Numbered from the stretch's first letter, positions 36,661 through 47,399 are shown. The stretch is DNA of 64,000 nt from Patescibacteria group bacterium (GCA_048538215.1 JBLYPV010000001.1:467850-531849); one strand, 5' to 3'. Numbers and translations are program-made. The notes: a model not told the origin generated them from the letters alone.

Positions 36661-37140
36661 ATGAATGAACCAAATTTAGTATCATCCAGGATAAAAAATA
36701 AGATAGGAGTCGCTGTTGTGTTTATGGTAATTGCAATAATACTGAGTACATTTTTTGGTAATAGTGAATCAGGTGATACTAATATGCAAATCAGCCCAAA
36801 AATAGAGATTATAAATTATAAAGCTCAAATAGCGTATGATTTTAACTATGGATATGAGTGGGCTGAGGACAAGCACATTTTAAATTTTGATGAATGTGAT
36901 TATGAGTTTGCTAATAGTACCGATTCCGCGGATGGATGTAATCAATATGTACAAGAACAATCCTATTTTGATTTAGATAATACCAGTTTTTATGGTTACA
37001 AATGTACAGAAGATTGCAGTGGACATAAAGCAGGATACGAGTGGGCTGAAATGAATAGAATAATAAGTTCATGGGATTGTGGTGGCAACTCGTCCTCGTT
37101 TATTGAAGGATGCATAGCTTATACGGAGGAGTATAGATAG
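36661..37140 (+). CDS. AT-rich hypothetical membrane-anchored protein with two GYEWA/Cys repeats
   Basis: GYEWAE occurs twice; CTEDCSGHKAGYEWA...SFIEGC. Confidence 0.7.
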   Translation: MNEPNLVSSRIKNKIGVAVVFMVIAIILSTFFGNSESGDTNMQISPKIEIINYKAQIAYDFNYGYEWAEDKHILNFDECDYEFANSTDSADGCNQYVQEQSYFDLDNTSFYGYKCTEDCSGHKAGYEWAEMNRIISSWDCGGNSSSFIEGCIAYTEEYR

Positions 37141-37148
37141 TAGTAAGA

Positions 37149-37410
37149 TTAGGATTCTAAACTATAAGATATATGTTTAAGTGGCCAACTTCTCGTATTA
37201 CCTCGTTTTTCGAGCTTGGATTTGTGTTCACGGGCATCATATTCCACAGTGTATATCTCATAGTATTTGAGAAAAAAGGAAGGTCTATGCTTCGTGGACT
37301 GTACCTTAGCAGAACTATGTCCTTTTAGACGTTTTTTCAAATTATTTGTAGATTCAATATATAATTCTTGGTCTGGTGTGCTCTTGAGTATATATACAAT
37401 ATATTGTAGT
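37149..37410 (-). pseudogene. Degenerate small GIY-YIG nuclease next to the tRNA-Gly 3' end
   Basis: YIVYILKS...LYIESTNNLKKRL..H; YIG changed to YIE and no proper start codon after the tRNA. Confidence 0.65.
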
Positions 37411-37419
37411 AAGATTTTT

Positions 37420-37493
37420 TGGTGCGGGTAGGGAGAATCGAACTCCCGTCTCATCCTTGGCAAGGACGTATTCTACCACTTAACTATACCCGC
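37420..37493 (-). tRNA. tRNA-Gly(GCC), CCA encoded
   Basis: GCGGGTA acceptor stem, loop TTGCCAA, GTTCGATTC, ends ACCA. Confidence 0.95.
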
Positions 37494-37532
37494 ATATGCG
37501 CTACCGACAACAAGAAGAAGTGTAGCAAAAAA

Positions 37533-38756
37533 TTAGCTCTTGGCAATATAATATTCGCGATATGCAAGGGCAAAAGAGAGGAGAGCTAGGAGGATGAGGG
37601 CTGTAGCAGCTACTGCAAATTTAGCACTAAAGCTAATGGCTACAAGATAGAGGATGAGAAAAAGTAGGGTTTTTGTTCCCATTGATACCATATTTTTCAT
37701 CACAGCAGTCGTGAGGGCGTTTGTTTGATTGCCTATACGGAAAATATTGGCATCAATGGGCACCTGCATAAAAATCATCACCATAGTCGCAAGCACTACA
37801 GAAAAATAATACCAGCTTGCGTCTTCAAAAAAGATACGACCAATCCAAATAAGAGCTACAATGAGGGCGCTCCCCGCGATAAATGAATAGCGTCGATGAG
37901 GGCGAATATAGCCAGAAAAATAAGAGATGACGAGCGCCACTCCCGGCACTAGGAGAGCCAAGACGGCTACTGATTCTATGGTGCCAAAGAAAAGAAAAAT
38001 AAAAATAGGCCAAATTACTCCGCTAGATACTTCATGAATTTTGAATAAGCCAAGGCTTAAGTGATGCGTGAGCACCGTAGGCATACGGATAAATTCACCA
38101 AAAGGCATCATAGCGACGCGCTCGCCCTGCTCGAGACTAATCCACAAGAGGGGAAGAAGTGAACAAAAGAAAACAAAAATCACTACCATAATCACCCAGA
38201 GAGAATTGCCTCCTAAAATAAGGATACTTGATCCAATAATAGGTCCGATAATACCTGCCGAGCGAATGACGGTGTGTAGAATGCCGGTATTTTTCCCTGT
38301 TTGCTCTATATCAATAGTAGTATGCATAAAGAGATACATAGATGCTGTATAGTAGAGGGCATCATAGAGTGCTGCTAGAATACCCAAGAGAATGAGGCTT
38401 GTAAATGAATTAGGGATCACCCAAGCGTATGCAACAAAAAAGGCAATTTGGAAAAGAGTAGCAAGTATAATCGTTTTGCGTGCACCAATATATCCTACTA
38501 GGTAGCCAGCCCCCACATTGCTTGGGGTATTGATTGCATGAAAGAGTACATAAAAGAGTAAGACATCAGCAAGACTAAATCCAGATTGGAGCATCAAAAT
38601 GGGAACATAAATTGCAAGCATAGTATTAGCCACCACATGGAGCCACACTGAAAGCTCATAGAGCCAAAAATTACGATGTCTGCTTTTGGCCACATAGGAG
38701 AGATTGTTATGAGCGCGTTGCCAGAATGATTCGAGAGAAGTAGATCCTGTGAGCAT
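37533..38756 (-). CDS. MFS-type transporter
   Basis: About 12 TM helices, GYLVGYIGARKT motif A-like; start placed at MLTGS. Confidence 0.75.
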   Translation of the reverse strand: MLTGSTSLESFWQRAHNNLSYVAKSRHRNFWLYELSVWLHVVANTMLAIYVPILMLQSGFSLADVLLFYVLFHAINTPSNVGAGYLVGYIGARKTIILATLFQIAFFVAYAWVIPNSFTSLILLGILAALYDALYYTASMYLFMHTTIDIEQTGKNTGILHTVIRSAGIIGPIIGSSILILGGNSLWVIMVVIFVFFCSLLPLLWISLEQGERVAMMPFGEFIRMPTVLTHHLSLGLFKIHEVSSGVIWPIFIFLFFGTIESVAVLALLVPGVALVISYFSGYIRPHRRYSFIAGSALIVALIWIGRIFFEDASWYYFSVVLATMVMIFMQVPIDANIFRIGNQTNALTTAVMKNMVSMGTKTLLFLILYLVAISFSAKFAVAATALILLALLSFALAYREYYIAKS

Positions 38757-38971
38757 GGCTCTTATTATACTTGAGATACAAATATAGGCGTATAGATAAT
38801 TCTGTTGACAAGCACAGAGGCTCATTTGAGTGCACGGGAGGGCTTTCAAGCTATAAACAGTGGCCTATTGCACAAATTCACCCTTACCGTATAATAAATT
38901 AGACATTGCTGAAATATTCATTATTATGTATATTTCTTCAATCGATTTAGTAGTCACTAATCAGTGTGAAT

Positions 38972-39253
38972 ATGGCTAAAGTAACCAAAAAAGACATTGT
39001 GGATCATGTAGCAGAAAAATGCGATATGACCAAGGCCGACGCTGAACGAGCGCTGGAATGCGTGGTAGATTTAATCTCTTCTCGTCTTGTACAAGGAGAT
39101 GATGTAGCAATTGCCGGATTCGGTAATTTCACTACCTCACAACGAGCTGCTCGAGAAGCCCGCAATCCACGCACTGGCGAAAGCGTACAGGTACCTGCAA
39201 TGCGCGTACCTAAGTTTAAGCCGGGCAAGGCCCTCAAAGACGCTGTGCGATAG
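38972..39253 (+). CDS. hup: DNA-binding protein HU
   Basis: GFGNF...RAAREARNPRTGE...PKFKPGKALK. Confidence 0.96.
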   Translation: MAKVTKKDIVDHVAEKCDMTKADAERALECVVDLISSRLVQGDDVAIAGFGNFTTSQRAAREARNPRTGESVQVPAMRVPKFKPGKALKDAVR

Positions 39254-39382
39254 GCGTATAGATGGTCTCATTTTTTGCAGATACAAGGCTCCACTTCAAG
39301 TGGAGTTTTTGTGTGTAGATGCCTCTTTTGCTAAGCGGAGCACCATATAAAGCTTTGCTAATCAGTATGCTACAATAGCGCT

Positions 39383-40552
39383 ATGGATCAGTTTACCCAC
39401 ATCACTATTTCGATTGGCACCCTTATCAAGGTAGCCCTTGTGGCTCTTGCTTTTTACCTAGCTTATTTCTTTATTGATTTGATTTTGATAGTACTCACGG
39501 CGATTGTATTGGCCTCAGCAGTGGAGCCTGCGGTACAGCGATTACAGCGATTTCAAATGCCACGGATGCTTGCAGTACTTTCAGTATTTGCTCTTGGTAT
39601 CACAGCGCTCACCATACTAGGCTTTACCATCTTGCCTTCGCTTGCTAGTGAAACGGTAGCTTTTATCAAAGAATTCCCTCAGTATTTACAAGATACCAAC
39701 TTGTGGTTTTCTAATCAAGCAGAGGAATCAGAAGTATTAGGAAATTGGCTTGGTTTAGAAAGTGATTTGTCACTAGAGCAGATATATGAAAGCATTTCCC
39801 AGGCCTTGGGCTTTGCCGCCAGTGGGGTGGGCAATCTTGTTGGTTTTCTTTTTGGATCAATTTTAAATCTAGTCCTTATCCTTGTCCTCGCCTTTTATTT
39901 TGCAGCTCAGGAATATGGGATTGATAATTTTCTTAAAATTGTCGTTCCTCCCAAGCATAGCAAATACGCTATCAATCTTTGGCGTCGTAGTCAGCACAAA
40001 ATTGGCCTGTGGATGCAAGGACAGCTCGTCATTATGCTCCTCACTGGTACGATAGTGTACATAGGGCTACAATTTTTGGGCTTGGCTTATCCATTTTTAC
40101 ACGAATACGCTTTGGTGCTCGCCACCATCGCAGCTCTTGCGGAGCTGGTGCCAGTAGTGGGAGCATTTGTCTCAGCCATCCCTGCGGTGGCCTTGGCTTT
40201 GATCGGAGCAGGGCCAATGGCTGCCTTATGGGTGGCGCTCTTTTACCTGGTGTATCAGCAAATTCAAGGCAATGTTATATACCCGATGGTAGTTAATAAA
40301 GTGGTAGGAGTACCGCCCCTTTTGGTGCTTATCGGCCTTATTGTAGGAGCACAGCTTTTTGGTATTTTAGGAGCAATTCTTTCAGTGCCGATTGCTGCAG
40401 CATTTATGGAATTTGTAAAAGATGTAGAAAAGAAGCACGCACAAGAGATTATGCGTCGTAAAAAGGAGGAGAATGATTTGGCAGAAAAAATTGCAGAAAA
40501 AGTAGTAGAAAAATCATCTGGTGAAAAAATAAATACCGAGAAGAAAAAATAA
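39383..40552 (+). CDS. AI-2E family (PerM-like) transporter
   Basis: GQL, LVPVVGA, QQIQGNVIYP, GILGAILSVP. Confidence 0.9.
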   Translation: MDQFTHITISIGTLIKVALVALAFYLAYFFIDLILIVLTAIVLASAVEPAVQRLQRFQMPRMLAVLSVFALGITALTILGFTILPSLASETVAFIKEFPQYLQDTNLWFSNQAEESEVLGNWLGLESDLSLEQIYESISQALGFAASGVGNLVGFLFGSILNLVLILVLAFYFAAQEYGIDNFLKIVVPPKHSKYAINLWRRSQHKIGLWMQGQLVIMLLTGTIVYIGLQFLGLAYPFLHEYALVLATIAALAELVPVVGAFVSAIPAVALALIGAGPMAALWVALFYLVYQQIQGNVIYPMVVNKVVGVPPLLVLIGLIVGAQLFGILGAILSVPIAAAFMEFVKDVEKKHAQEIMRRKKEENDLAEKIAEKVVEKSSGEKINTEKKK

Positions 40553-40622
40553 ACATCACAAAGTACTCATACTGTACAAGTAGGCACTACTAAAAAGCAC
40601 ATAGAGTATCTCTATACTATAT

Positions 40623-42065
40623 ATGAAACAAGCAATATACATTACCACCACTCTACCCTATGTAAATGGCTTACCACATATTGGGCATACGGTAGAATTT
40701 ATTCGGGCAGACATACTGGCGCGCTACTATCGTATGCTTGGGCATAAAGTCTTTTTCAATACAGGTGCCGACGAGCATGGGCAAAAAATTGCTGAGAAGG
40801 CATATGAATTATCACAAAGCCCACAAGAATATGTAGATGCACAAGTAGATCAATGGAAGGCCTTTGCTCAAAAAATCGATATGTCCTACGATTATTTTTC
40901 ATGTACTACCGACAAGCAACACAAAGAAGCCGCTCAAAAGCTTTGGGTAGTCTGTCGTGAGCGTGGCTATATTTATAAATCATCCTATGTGGCAAAGTAT
41001 TGTGTAGGTTGTGAGATGGAAAAGACCGATAGTGAGCTGGTCGATGGACGATGTGCTGATCACCCTAATCGTGAGCTTGAGCTCATTGATGAAGAAAATT
41101 ATTTTTTTGCGTTTAGTAAATTGGCAGAGGATTTATTAGAGCTTTATAAGACGAGAAAAGATTTTGTTGTCCCACCTTTCCGTCTCGATGAAATTCAAGC
41201 TTTTGTCAGCAGAGGACTACGAGATTTTTCTATCTCTCGCTTGCGTGAGAAAATGTCTTGGGGAGTGGCGGTGCCTGATGATCCTACGCAGGTGATGTAT
41301 GTGTGGTTTGATGCCCTCACCAATTATATTTCCTGTTTGGGTTGGGGGAGTAATGACGAAAGTAAATATGAGTATTTTTGGCAGAATGGGCACAGTATCC
41401 AGCTTTGTGGTAAAGATAATTTACGCCAACAAAGTGCTATCTGGCAGGCAATGTTGCTAGCTTCTGGGCTTGAGCCAACCAATACTATTTTTTGTGAAGG
41501 GCATCTGACAAGCGGAGGGACGAAGATGTCGAAATCAGTGGGTAATGTGGTCGATCCAGAGACCTATCTCGCTTATTATGGAGTAGACGCAGTACGCTAC
41601 TTTGCTCTTCGCCATATACACAATGTGCAAGACAGTGATTGGACTCCCGAGCGCTTTCACGAGGCCTATAATTCTCATTTGGTAAATGGCTTGGGCAATC
41701 TTGCCAGTAGAATTTTGAATATGGCAGAGAAATATGAAGTGCACTACACTGATTATAAGGAAGTAGATATATCTACCGATCTCAAAGATTTTGATTTTAA
41801 TACTTATGGTGATTTTGTTTGGAATATCATCGGACAAGCAGATGCATATATCACTCACGAAGAGCCCTTTCGCAAAGCCAAAGATAATATCGAAGCTGCG
41901 CGCAAAGATGTAGAGCACCTGCTTGACCTTTTATGGCAGATCAATGCGCACCTTGCACCACTTATGCCCCAGACCCACGCCAAGCTCACCCAAGCTATCA
42001 AAAACGGCGCCAAGCCAGCAGAGCCACTTTTCCCTCGGCTAGAATTTAATTCAGAAGTGTTGTAG
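40623..42065 (+). CDS. metG: Methionyl-tRNA synthetase (short form)
   Basis: YVNGLPHIGH, DEHG, YVWFDAL, KMSKS. Confidence 0.97.
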   Translation: MKQAIYITTTLPYVNGLPHIGHTVEFIRADILARYYRMLGHKVFFNTGADEHGQKIAEKAYELSQSPQEYVDAQVDQWKAFAQKIDMSYDYFSCTTDKQHKEAAQKLWVVCRERGYIYKSSYVAKYCVGCEMEKTDSELVDGRCADHPNRELELIDEENYFFAFSKLAEDLLELYKTRKDFVVPPFRLDEIQAFVSRGLRDFSISRLREKMSWGVAVPDDPTQVMYVWFDALTNYISCLGWGSNDESKYEYFWQNGHSIQLCGKDNLRQQSAIWQAMLLASGLEPTNTIFCEGHLTSGGTKMSKSVGNVVDPETYLAYYGVDAVRYFALRHIHNVQDSDWTPERFHEAYNSHLVNGLGNLASRILNMAEKYEVHYTDYKEVDISTDLKDFDFNTYGDFVWNIIGQADAYITHEEPFRKAKDNIEAARKDVEHLLDLLWQINAHLAPLMPQTHAKLTQAIKNGAKPAEPLFPRLEFNSEVL

Positions 42066-42167
42066 GGATCTCTATTTGAGAGCGTCCTATGCCTTATAAA
42101 TACGCTTTGGCTTAGCCGTGTATATCTCGGCATTTCTACAGATTGATGCTGTGATACACTCAAGTAT

Positions 42168-43703
42168 ATGAATCTCGGGAAGGTCTTTTCGGCTCAAACA
42201 GATTTAGCTACCTCAAATACCATTGAAATTGAGGTGGACATCAACAAGCATAGCCTGCCGGCTTTTCAAGTGGTGGGCTTGCCCGATAAAGCGGTGGAGG
42301 AATCGCGTGAGCGTGTCTCGGGTGCTATTAAAAATTCTGGCTACACCTCTCCCAAACAATATAAGACAATAGTGTCACTCTCTCCTGCTTGTGTAAAAAA
42401 AGAAGGAGGACACTTTGATTTGCCCATCGCCGTAGGGCTTTTGCTTGCAAATACAGATGAGGAATTATCCTTTAATTCAGAAGGGATATGTTTTGCTGGG
42501 GAGCTTTCACTAGAGGGGAAGGTGCGAAAAGTGGATGGGATTTTAGCCCTTGCCCTACACGCCCAACAAGCTGGCTTTCACAGTATTTATGTGCCAGAAG
42601 CCAATGCACAAGAAGCAGCTTTAATTGAAGGGATTACCGTATATCCGGTAAAAAATTTGCGAGAGCTTGTTTTGCATTTAGGAGAAATGGGAAGGGAGCA
42701 GGCACAAGCATCTTTGCTTATTAGCCCTGTACCCACCATAGAGTATAAAGCAGAAGAGATGGGAGAAGTAGAAATTGATTTTGCTGACATTGTAGAGCAA
42801 AAGCAGGCAAAGCGGGCGCTCGTGATCGCTGCTTCTGGAGGGCACAATACAGCAATGTATGGCCCAGCAGGCACGGGCAAGACTATGCTTGCCAAAGCTC
42901 TCGCAGGCATTTTGCCACCGCTTGAATACAAACAAATGATAGAGAGCACGATGATTCATTCTTATCATGGTATTTTAGAGCGTGTGCCAATTGCTCGCCC
43001 TCCTTTTCGTGCTCCGCATCACACTGCTTCCTATGTATCAATTATTGGGGGAGGCACTTATCCACGCCCTGGTGAGATTTCTCTTGCTCACAATGGGGTG
43101 CTCTTTTTGGATGAATTCCCAGAATTTGATAAGCGGGTACTAGAGTCACTTCGTGAGCCACTCGAAGAAGGAGAAGTACGCATCGCTCGCTCTCGTGGGA
43201 GTGTGACTTTTCCTGCAGATGTATGCTTGGTAGCAGCTATGAATCCACCTTCAGCGGTCTATCGCGACCCGCAGACTATCACTCCAAGTGTGGTACGCAA
43301 TTTTGAAAAGAAAATATCAGGGCCGATTATGGATCGTATAGATATGTGGGTAGAAGTGCCTAAAATTGAACACAATAAATTGCTGGATCACTCTCAAAAA
43401 GGTGAAAGCTCACAAGAGATTCGCAAGCGTGTGCTCGAGGCTCGTGCTCGACAAAGCAAACGATTGGGAGTAGGGCGCACCAATGCTTCGATGAGTGCGC
43501 GAGAAATACAAGAGGTAGATTTCCTGTCTCAAGAAGCAAAAAATATATTAGACATCTCAGCTCAAAAATTTGGCTTTTCGCCACGGGTATATCACAAGCT
43601 TATCAAGCTTGCTCGTACCATCGCAGACCTGGACGAATCCGACGATGTAGAAGAGGCACACATTCTTGAGGCACTCTCTTATCGGCCCCGTGCTGTCACC
43701 TAA
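42168..43703 (+). CDS. comM: YifB/ComM Mg-chelatase-like AAA+ ATPase
   Basis: VGLPDKAVEESRER, GPAGTGKT, RAPHHT, PGEISLAHNGVLFLDE, ARTIADL. Confidence 0.92.
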   Translation: MNLGKVFSAQTDLATSNTIEIEVDINKHSLPAFQVVGLPDKAVEESRERVSGAIKNSGYTSPKQYKTIVSLSPACVKKEGGHFDLPIAVGLLLANTDEELSFNSEGICFAGELSLEGKVRKVDGILALALHAQQAGFHSIYVPEANAQEAALIEGITVYPVKNLRELVLHLGEMGREQAQASLLISPVPTIEYKAEEMGEVEIDFADIVEQKQAKRALVIAASGGHNTAMYGPAGTGKTMLAKALAGILPPLEYKQMIESTMIHSYHGILERVPIARPPFRAPHHTASYVSIIGGGTYPRPGEISLAHNGVLFLDEFPEFDKRVLESLREPLEEGEVRIARSRGSVTFPADVCLVAAMNPPSAVYRDPQTITPSVVRNFEKKISGPIMDRIDMWVEVPKIEHNKLLDHSQKGESSQEIRKRVLEARARQSKRLGVGRTNASMSAREIQEVDFLSQEAKNILDISAQKFGFSPRVYHKLIKLARTIADLDESDDVEEAHILEALSYRPRAVT

Positions 43704-43725
43704 ATCACTGTGCTACAATAGCCAA

Positions 43726-44649
43726 ATGCAATTAGCAAAATTATTGACTAATCAGACTATCATAATACGTGTAGCGCTTACAACAACTGCTCTGGCGCTC
43801 GTTGTAATTTCACTGGCGCTTTATTGGGTAATGCAAGAATATCAAAGATTTCAAGCGCAAAGTGCGGAGGATATAGAAAAATACCGTGCTCTTTTTGCCC
43901 AGGCTTCTTTTGAACGCTTTGATGCACTCGTTGATTTAGATCAAGCCCAATCACGACTACAAGAAATTCGAGAGATTATGGAGGAGCAGGAAGATCGGGT
44001 AGTGGAGATAGAGGATGAATATGAAAAAATCAATAGTACAGTGCGAGATTTACTCAAGCTTGGAAGTACAGACGAGGAGCTTTTACAAAAATATTCTCGT
44101 GTATATTTTTTAAATGAAAATTACATCCCGAGTGACTTAGAAATGATTGATAAAGAATATCTGTGGGGGGATAAAGCACTACAGATTCATGGAAGTGTTG
44201 AAAGATTTCTAGACGATTTGATGGATGAGGCAGAAGATGATGGTATGGAGCTACGCATTATTTCTGCCTATCGGTCTTTTGATTACCAAGGGGCCTTAAA
44301 AAATCAATATCTTACCATTTATGGCTCAGGAGCTAATCAATTTTCTGCTGACCAGGGCTATAGTGAGCACCAGCTTGGGACAACTATTGATTTCACCACT
44401 CCAAAGATTGGAAGTGCTATCTCGCGCTTTGATGAGACTGATGAATTCAAGTGGCTTCAAGATAATGCTCATCGCTTTGGCTTTGTGCTCTCGTACCCAC
44501 CCAATAATAGCTACTATCAATACGAGCCATGGCACTGGCGATTTGTCGGCAAAGATTTAGCTGATGATTTACACGACGACGATCAATATTTTTATGATCT
44601 TCCTCAGCGAAAAATCAATGAGTATCTCTTGGGAATCTTTGATCGCTAA
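43726..44649 (+). CDS. M15B (VanY-like) D,D-carboxypeptidase with TM anchor and coiled coil
   Basis: SAYRS, SEHQLGTTID, YEPWHWRFVG. Confidence 0.9.
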   Translation: MQLAKLLTNQTIIIRVALTTTALALVVISLALYWVMQEYQRFQAQSAEDIEKYRALFAQASFERFDALVDLDQAQSRLQEIREIMEEQEDRVVEIEDEYEKINSTVRDLLKLGSTDEELLQKYSRVYFLNENYIPSDLEMIDKEYLWGDKALQIHGSVERFLDDLMDEAEDDGMELRIISAYRSFDYQGALKNQYLTIYGSGANQFSADQGYSEHQLGTTIDFTTPKIGSAISRFDETDEFKWLQDNAHRFGFVLSYPPNNSYYQYEPWHWRFVGKDLADDLHDDDQYFYDLPQRKINEYLLGIFDR

Positions 44650-44669
44650 TATTTGCAAGCCACTTGTGA

Positions 44670-44700
44670 GCCCACTTGGGAGCTCGGCTCCCAAGTGGGC
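44670..44700. terminator. Hairpin between convergent genes
   Basis: GCCCACTTGGGAGC-TCG-GCTCCCAAGTGGGC. Confidence 0.55.
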
Positions 44701-44706
44701 AGATTT

Positions 44707-45546
44707 TTAAGTCGTGAGCGTGATACCAAAGACTCGCTCGGTATTTTTCAAAATTTGTACACGCACTTCTTCTTCGTCGAGATTATGAATCTCGGCAATT
44801 TTTTTGTATACATACTCTACATATAATGGGCTGTTGGTTTTCCCACGATGAGGCACGGGAGCTGCATAGGGGGTGTCTGTTTCAGCTAAAATATATTTAA
44901 GTGGGATGCTCTGCACCATTTCATCAAGGCGAGCATTGCTAAAGGTGATCACCCCGGGGAGTGAAATATAGTGCCCCCTTTTAGTAATTTCTTGAGCCAA
45001 TTCGGTACTTGCAGTATAGAAGTGAAAGATAGCTTGTAAGCTTTGACTATCTTTATGCGAGTCAAGAATCTCTAGGGCTTCACGATGGGCATCTTCAGTG
45101 CCCTCACTTGATCGCAGATGCAACATTAGTGGCAAATCATTCACAAGAGCCAAGGTGATTTGTTTGTGGAATAATATTCTTTGGCGTACTTTATCTGCTT
45201 CAAAATCTTCTTGAGTGATTTCATTATTGGCTAATTTTTTTGAGAGCCAATAGTAATCAAGCCCACATTCACCAATACATACTACTTCATCAGTATGTTC
45301 ATCAATGAGCTTTTGATATATCGATGGCTTAAATTCTTCTTTGGGGTTGTCTACTGGATGTTGGCCAATACAAGCCCAAATATTCTCACAGCTTCGTGCT
45401 ATAGCTAGCGCTCGGCGTGAGCTCTCGCTATCTACACCCACCGTACAAGCAGCAATAGCTTCTTGTTTCATAGTATGCAAAATCTTTTCTCTAGTAGGGG
45501 CTATTTGCTTACTATCTAAATGGCAATGCGCATCAAAATATTTCAT
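44707..45546 (-). CDS. tatD: TatD family nuclease
   Basis: DAHCHL, GQHP, IGECGLDY, ETDTPY. Confidence 0.93.
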   Translation of the reverse strand: MKYFDAHCHLDSKQIAPTREKILHTMKQEAIAACTVGVDSESSRRALAIARSCENIWACIGQHPVDNPKEEFKPSIYQKLIDEHTDEVVCIGECGLDYYWLSKKLANNEITQEDFEADKVRQRILFHKQITLALVNDLPLMLHLRSSEGTEDAHREALEILDSHKDSQSLQAIFHFYTASTELAQEITKRGHYISLPGVITFSNARLDEMVQSIPLKYILAETDTPYAAPVPHRGKTNSPLYVEYVYKKIAEIHNLDEEEVRVQILKNTERVFGITLTT

Positions 45547-45591
45547 AGTATGAGTATATCAGATACACAAGTGTTGGCCTTCGATCTTGAT

Positions 45592-45822
45592 TTACAAAGG
45601 ATAATTCTTTAGCTCGGCTCGCTTAAGCGAGCGCTCTTCTCGGAGCTTTTCTAAAATTTCTCCATCACCTGGTCGGTGCTCACCTTGTCCGAGATAGTGC
45701 TCCATTGCAGAGATGCGATCTTCAATCTTGCGCAGATCTTCTTCGATTCGATTACGCGCTTTGTCTCGCTCTGCCATTTCACGTAAGCGTCGATGGGGAG
45801 CTGATTCGAAAGGATTTTTCAT
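45592..45822 (-). CDS. Small helical hypothetical protein
   Basis: 76-aa charged ORF with a TGATATACT box just upstream. Confidence 0.55.
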   Translation of the reverse strand: MKNPFESAPHRRLREMAERDKARNRIEEDLRKIEDRISAMEHYLGQGEHRPGDGEILEKLREERSLKRAELKNYPL

Positions 45823-45960
45823 TGCCTTAGTATATCAAAAACACCGGGTTCTCATAGACTTATGGGGAAGAGTGATACGCACGGCAAAGCATAGGGGGGA
45901 ATATCTGTTCATATTTTTTAAGTTTTTCTATTTTCTCTATTTACCTTATTCGTGTAAATC

Positions 45961-46007
45961 ATTTTATGCTAAAAGTTGTCCGGGTTCGACAACTTTCACC
46001 ATAAAAT
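45961..46007. repeat. Family B palindrome, copy 1
   Basis: ATTTTATGCTAAAAGTTGTC-CGGGTTC-GACAACTTTCACCATAAAAT. Confidence 0.88.
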
Positions 46008-46062
46008 AAATAGTGGATAAATATCTTTTATTTATCTTATAAAATTGATAGGGTAAAAAATA

Positions 46063-47397
46063 ATGAGCGGGCTAGAGGACCATTTCACTCGAGCAAAGCA
46101 ACACAAATACGCGGGGCGTAAGCTCTTATGGTGGGGCCTGCACCCATTTCTTTTTATCATTATCTTTTCAGCGGTGCGTGCGGATGATGATTTTTATGCC
46201 ACTCTTCAAGGCATACTTTCTGTCAAAGATGGTCGAGTCGGTATCCAAAGTGCTAGCCTCCAGGGGGCGCTCAATATAGGAGGGCAAGCCCAGGCCACCA
46301 AAGGTATTGTGGCTCTAGGTGATGATGGGCAAGCCCATACCATTATTTCTGCTACCGAAGATGGGGGCTTGTGTGTGGGCGAGTGTGGAGAAGAGAGCAC
46401 TGCTAGTACCACAAGTGCAAGCACCTCGGTACAGAGTCGTGCCACCAACGAAGATACTGCTAGTACAAGCTCGAGCCAAGAAGCTACTGATCGTGCCACA
46501 GACGAGAAAAATGATGATCAATCAAGTATAAGCTCCAGTAAAAGCATAAATGCAACTTCGAGTGCCTCTAGTACCGACACAGGATCACCCAATCAATCAC
46601 CGGCCACATCTTCAGATCCCCAGACAGAATCAGGAGATTCATCCTCAGATGACAAAGAGGGTACCGTGCGCTTCACCGGAAAGAGAAGCTCAGGTGGAGG
46701 ATCATCAAATGATGGCTCTGATGAAGAGATTATAGTAGAGGAGATTCCTCATCAAGACACGGGGAGTACAAGCACGAGTAGTGAAGCAGTAGGTTTGTAT
46801 GATGCATTTGCTACTCTCCTCCAGTCTGTTTTATCAATTGGGAGAGGAAGCTTGGGGGTAGGAATGCAGGCGCTTGATGCCTATCGATTGGCGGTAAATG
46901 GCTGGATATTCACCACCGAAGGAATCATAGTAGGAGCACAGGGCGATCAGCAAGTAGGCTTTGGTATTAGCTCAAATGGGATGTGCCTTGGTAGGTGCGA
47001 CTTCGATATTTCAGAGCCTATCAATGTCGAAGCGAATGAAGAAGAAGCAAATAGGACACCACCAGAATCAGACGAAGATGATGCACCTAAAGTACAAGCC
47101 ACTACTCTCATCGCCACAAGCAGTGAGAGCGTCAGCTCTAGCCCAATCACCGGTACAAGTAGCACCAGCACAAGCCCTGCTGGCTTGCAAGAGGGAGGAG
47201 CTGATCAAGAGGTCGAAGATTCAAGTGCAAGCACCACGAGTACTAGCACCCTCGCTACTACCACTGCCACTACTACAAGTACGAGCACCTCACCCAGTGC
47301 TCAAGAAGCAAAAAATGAAATTGCCACATCCACTGCCTCTTCAAGCCAAGAGCAGGGCGCTTCAAGCACTACAAGTACAAGTAGCACTCCGCACTAA
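46063..47397 (+). CDS. Secreted S/T-rich protein with two fibre-like beta repeats
   Basis: Repeats FYATLQGILSVKDGRVGI...GLCVGEC and FATLLQSVLSIGRGSLGVG...GMCLGRC separated by low-complexity linkers. Confidence 0.7.
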   Translation: MSGLEDHFTRAKQHKYAGRKLLWWGLHPFLFIIIFSAVRADDDFYATLQGILSVKDGRVGIQSASLQGALNIGGQAQATKGIVALGDDGQAHTIISATEDGGLCVGECGEESTASTTSASTSVQSRATNEDTASTSSSQEATDRATDEKNDDQSSISSSKSINATSSASSTDTGSPNQSPATSSDPQTESGDSSSDDKEGTVRFTGKRSSGGGSSNDGSDEEIIVEEIPHQDTGSTSTSSEAVGLYDAFATLLQSVLSIGRGSLGVGMQALDAYRLAVNGWIFTTEGIIVGAQGDQQVGFGISSNGMCLGRCDFDISEPINVEANEEEANRTPPESDEDDAPKVQATTLIATSSESVSSSPITGTSSTSTSPAGLQEGGADQEVEDSSASTTSTSTLATTTATTTSTSTSPSAQEAKNEIATSTASSSQEQGASSTTSTSSTPH

Positions 47398-47399
47398 AT

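Noticed and set aside
37411-37463. N-terminal part of ORF 37149..37463
   Set aside because: It overlaps tRNA-Gly; the start is spurious.
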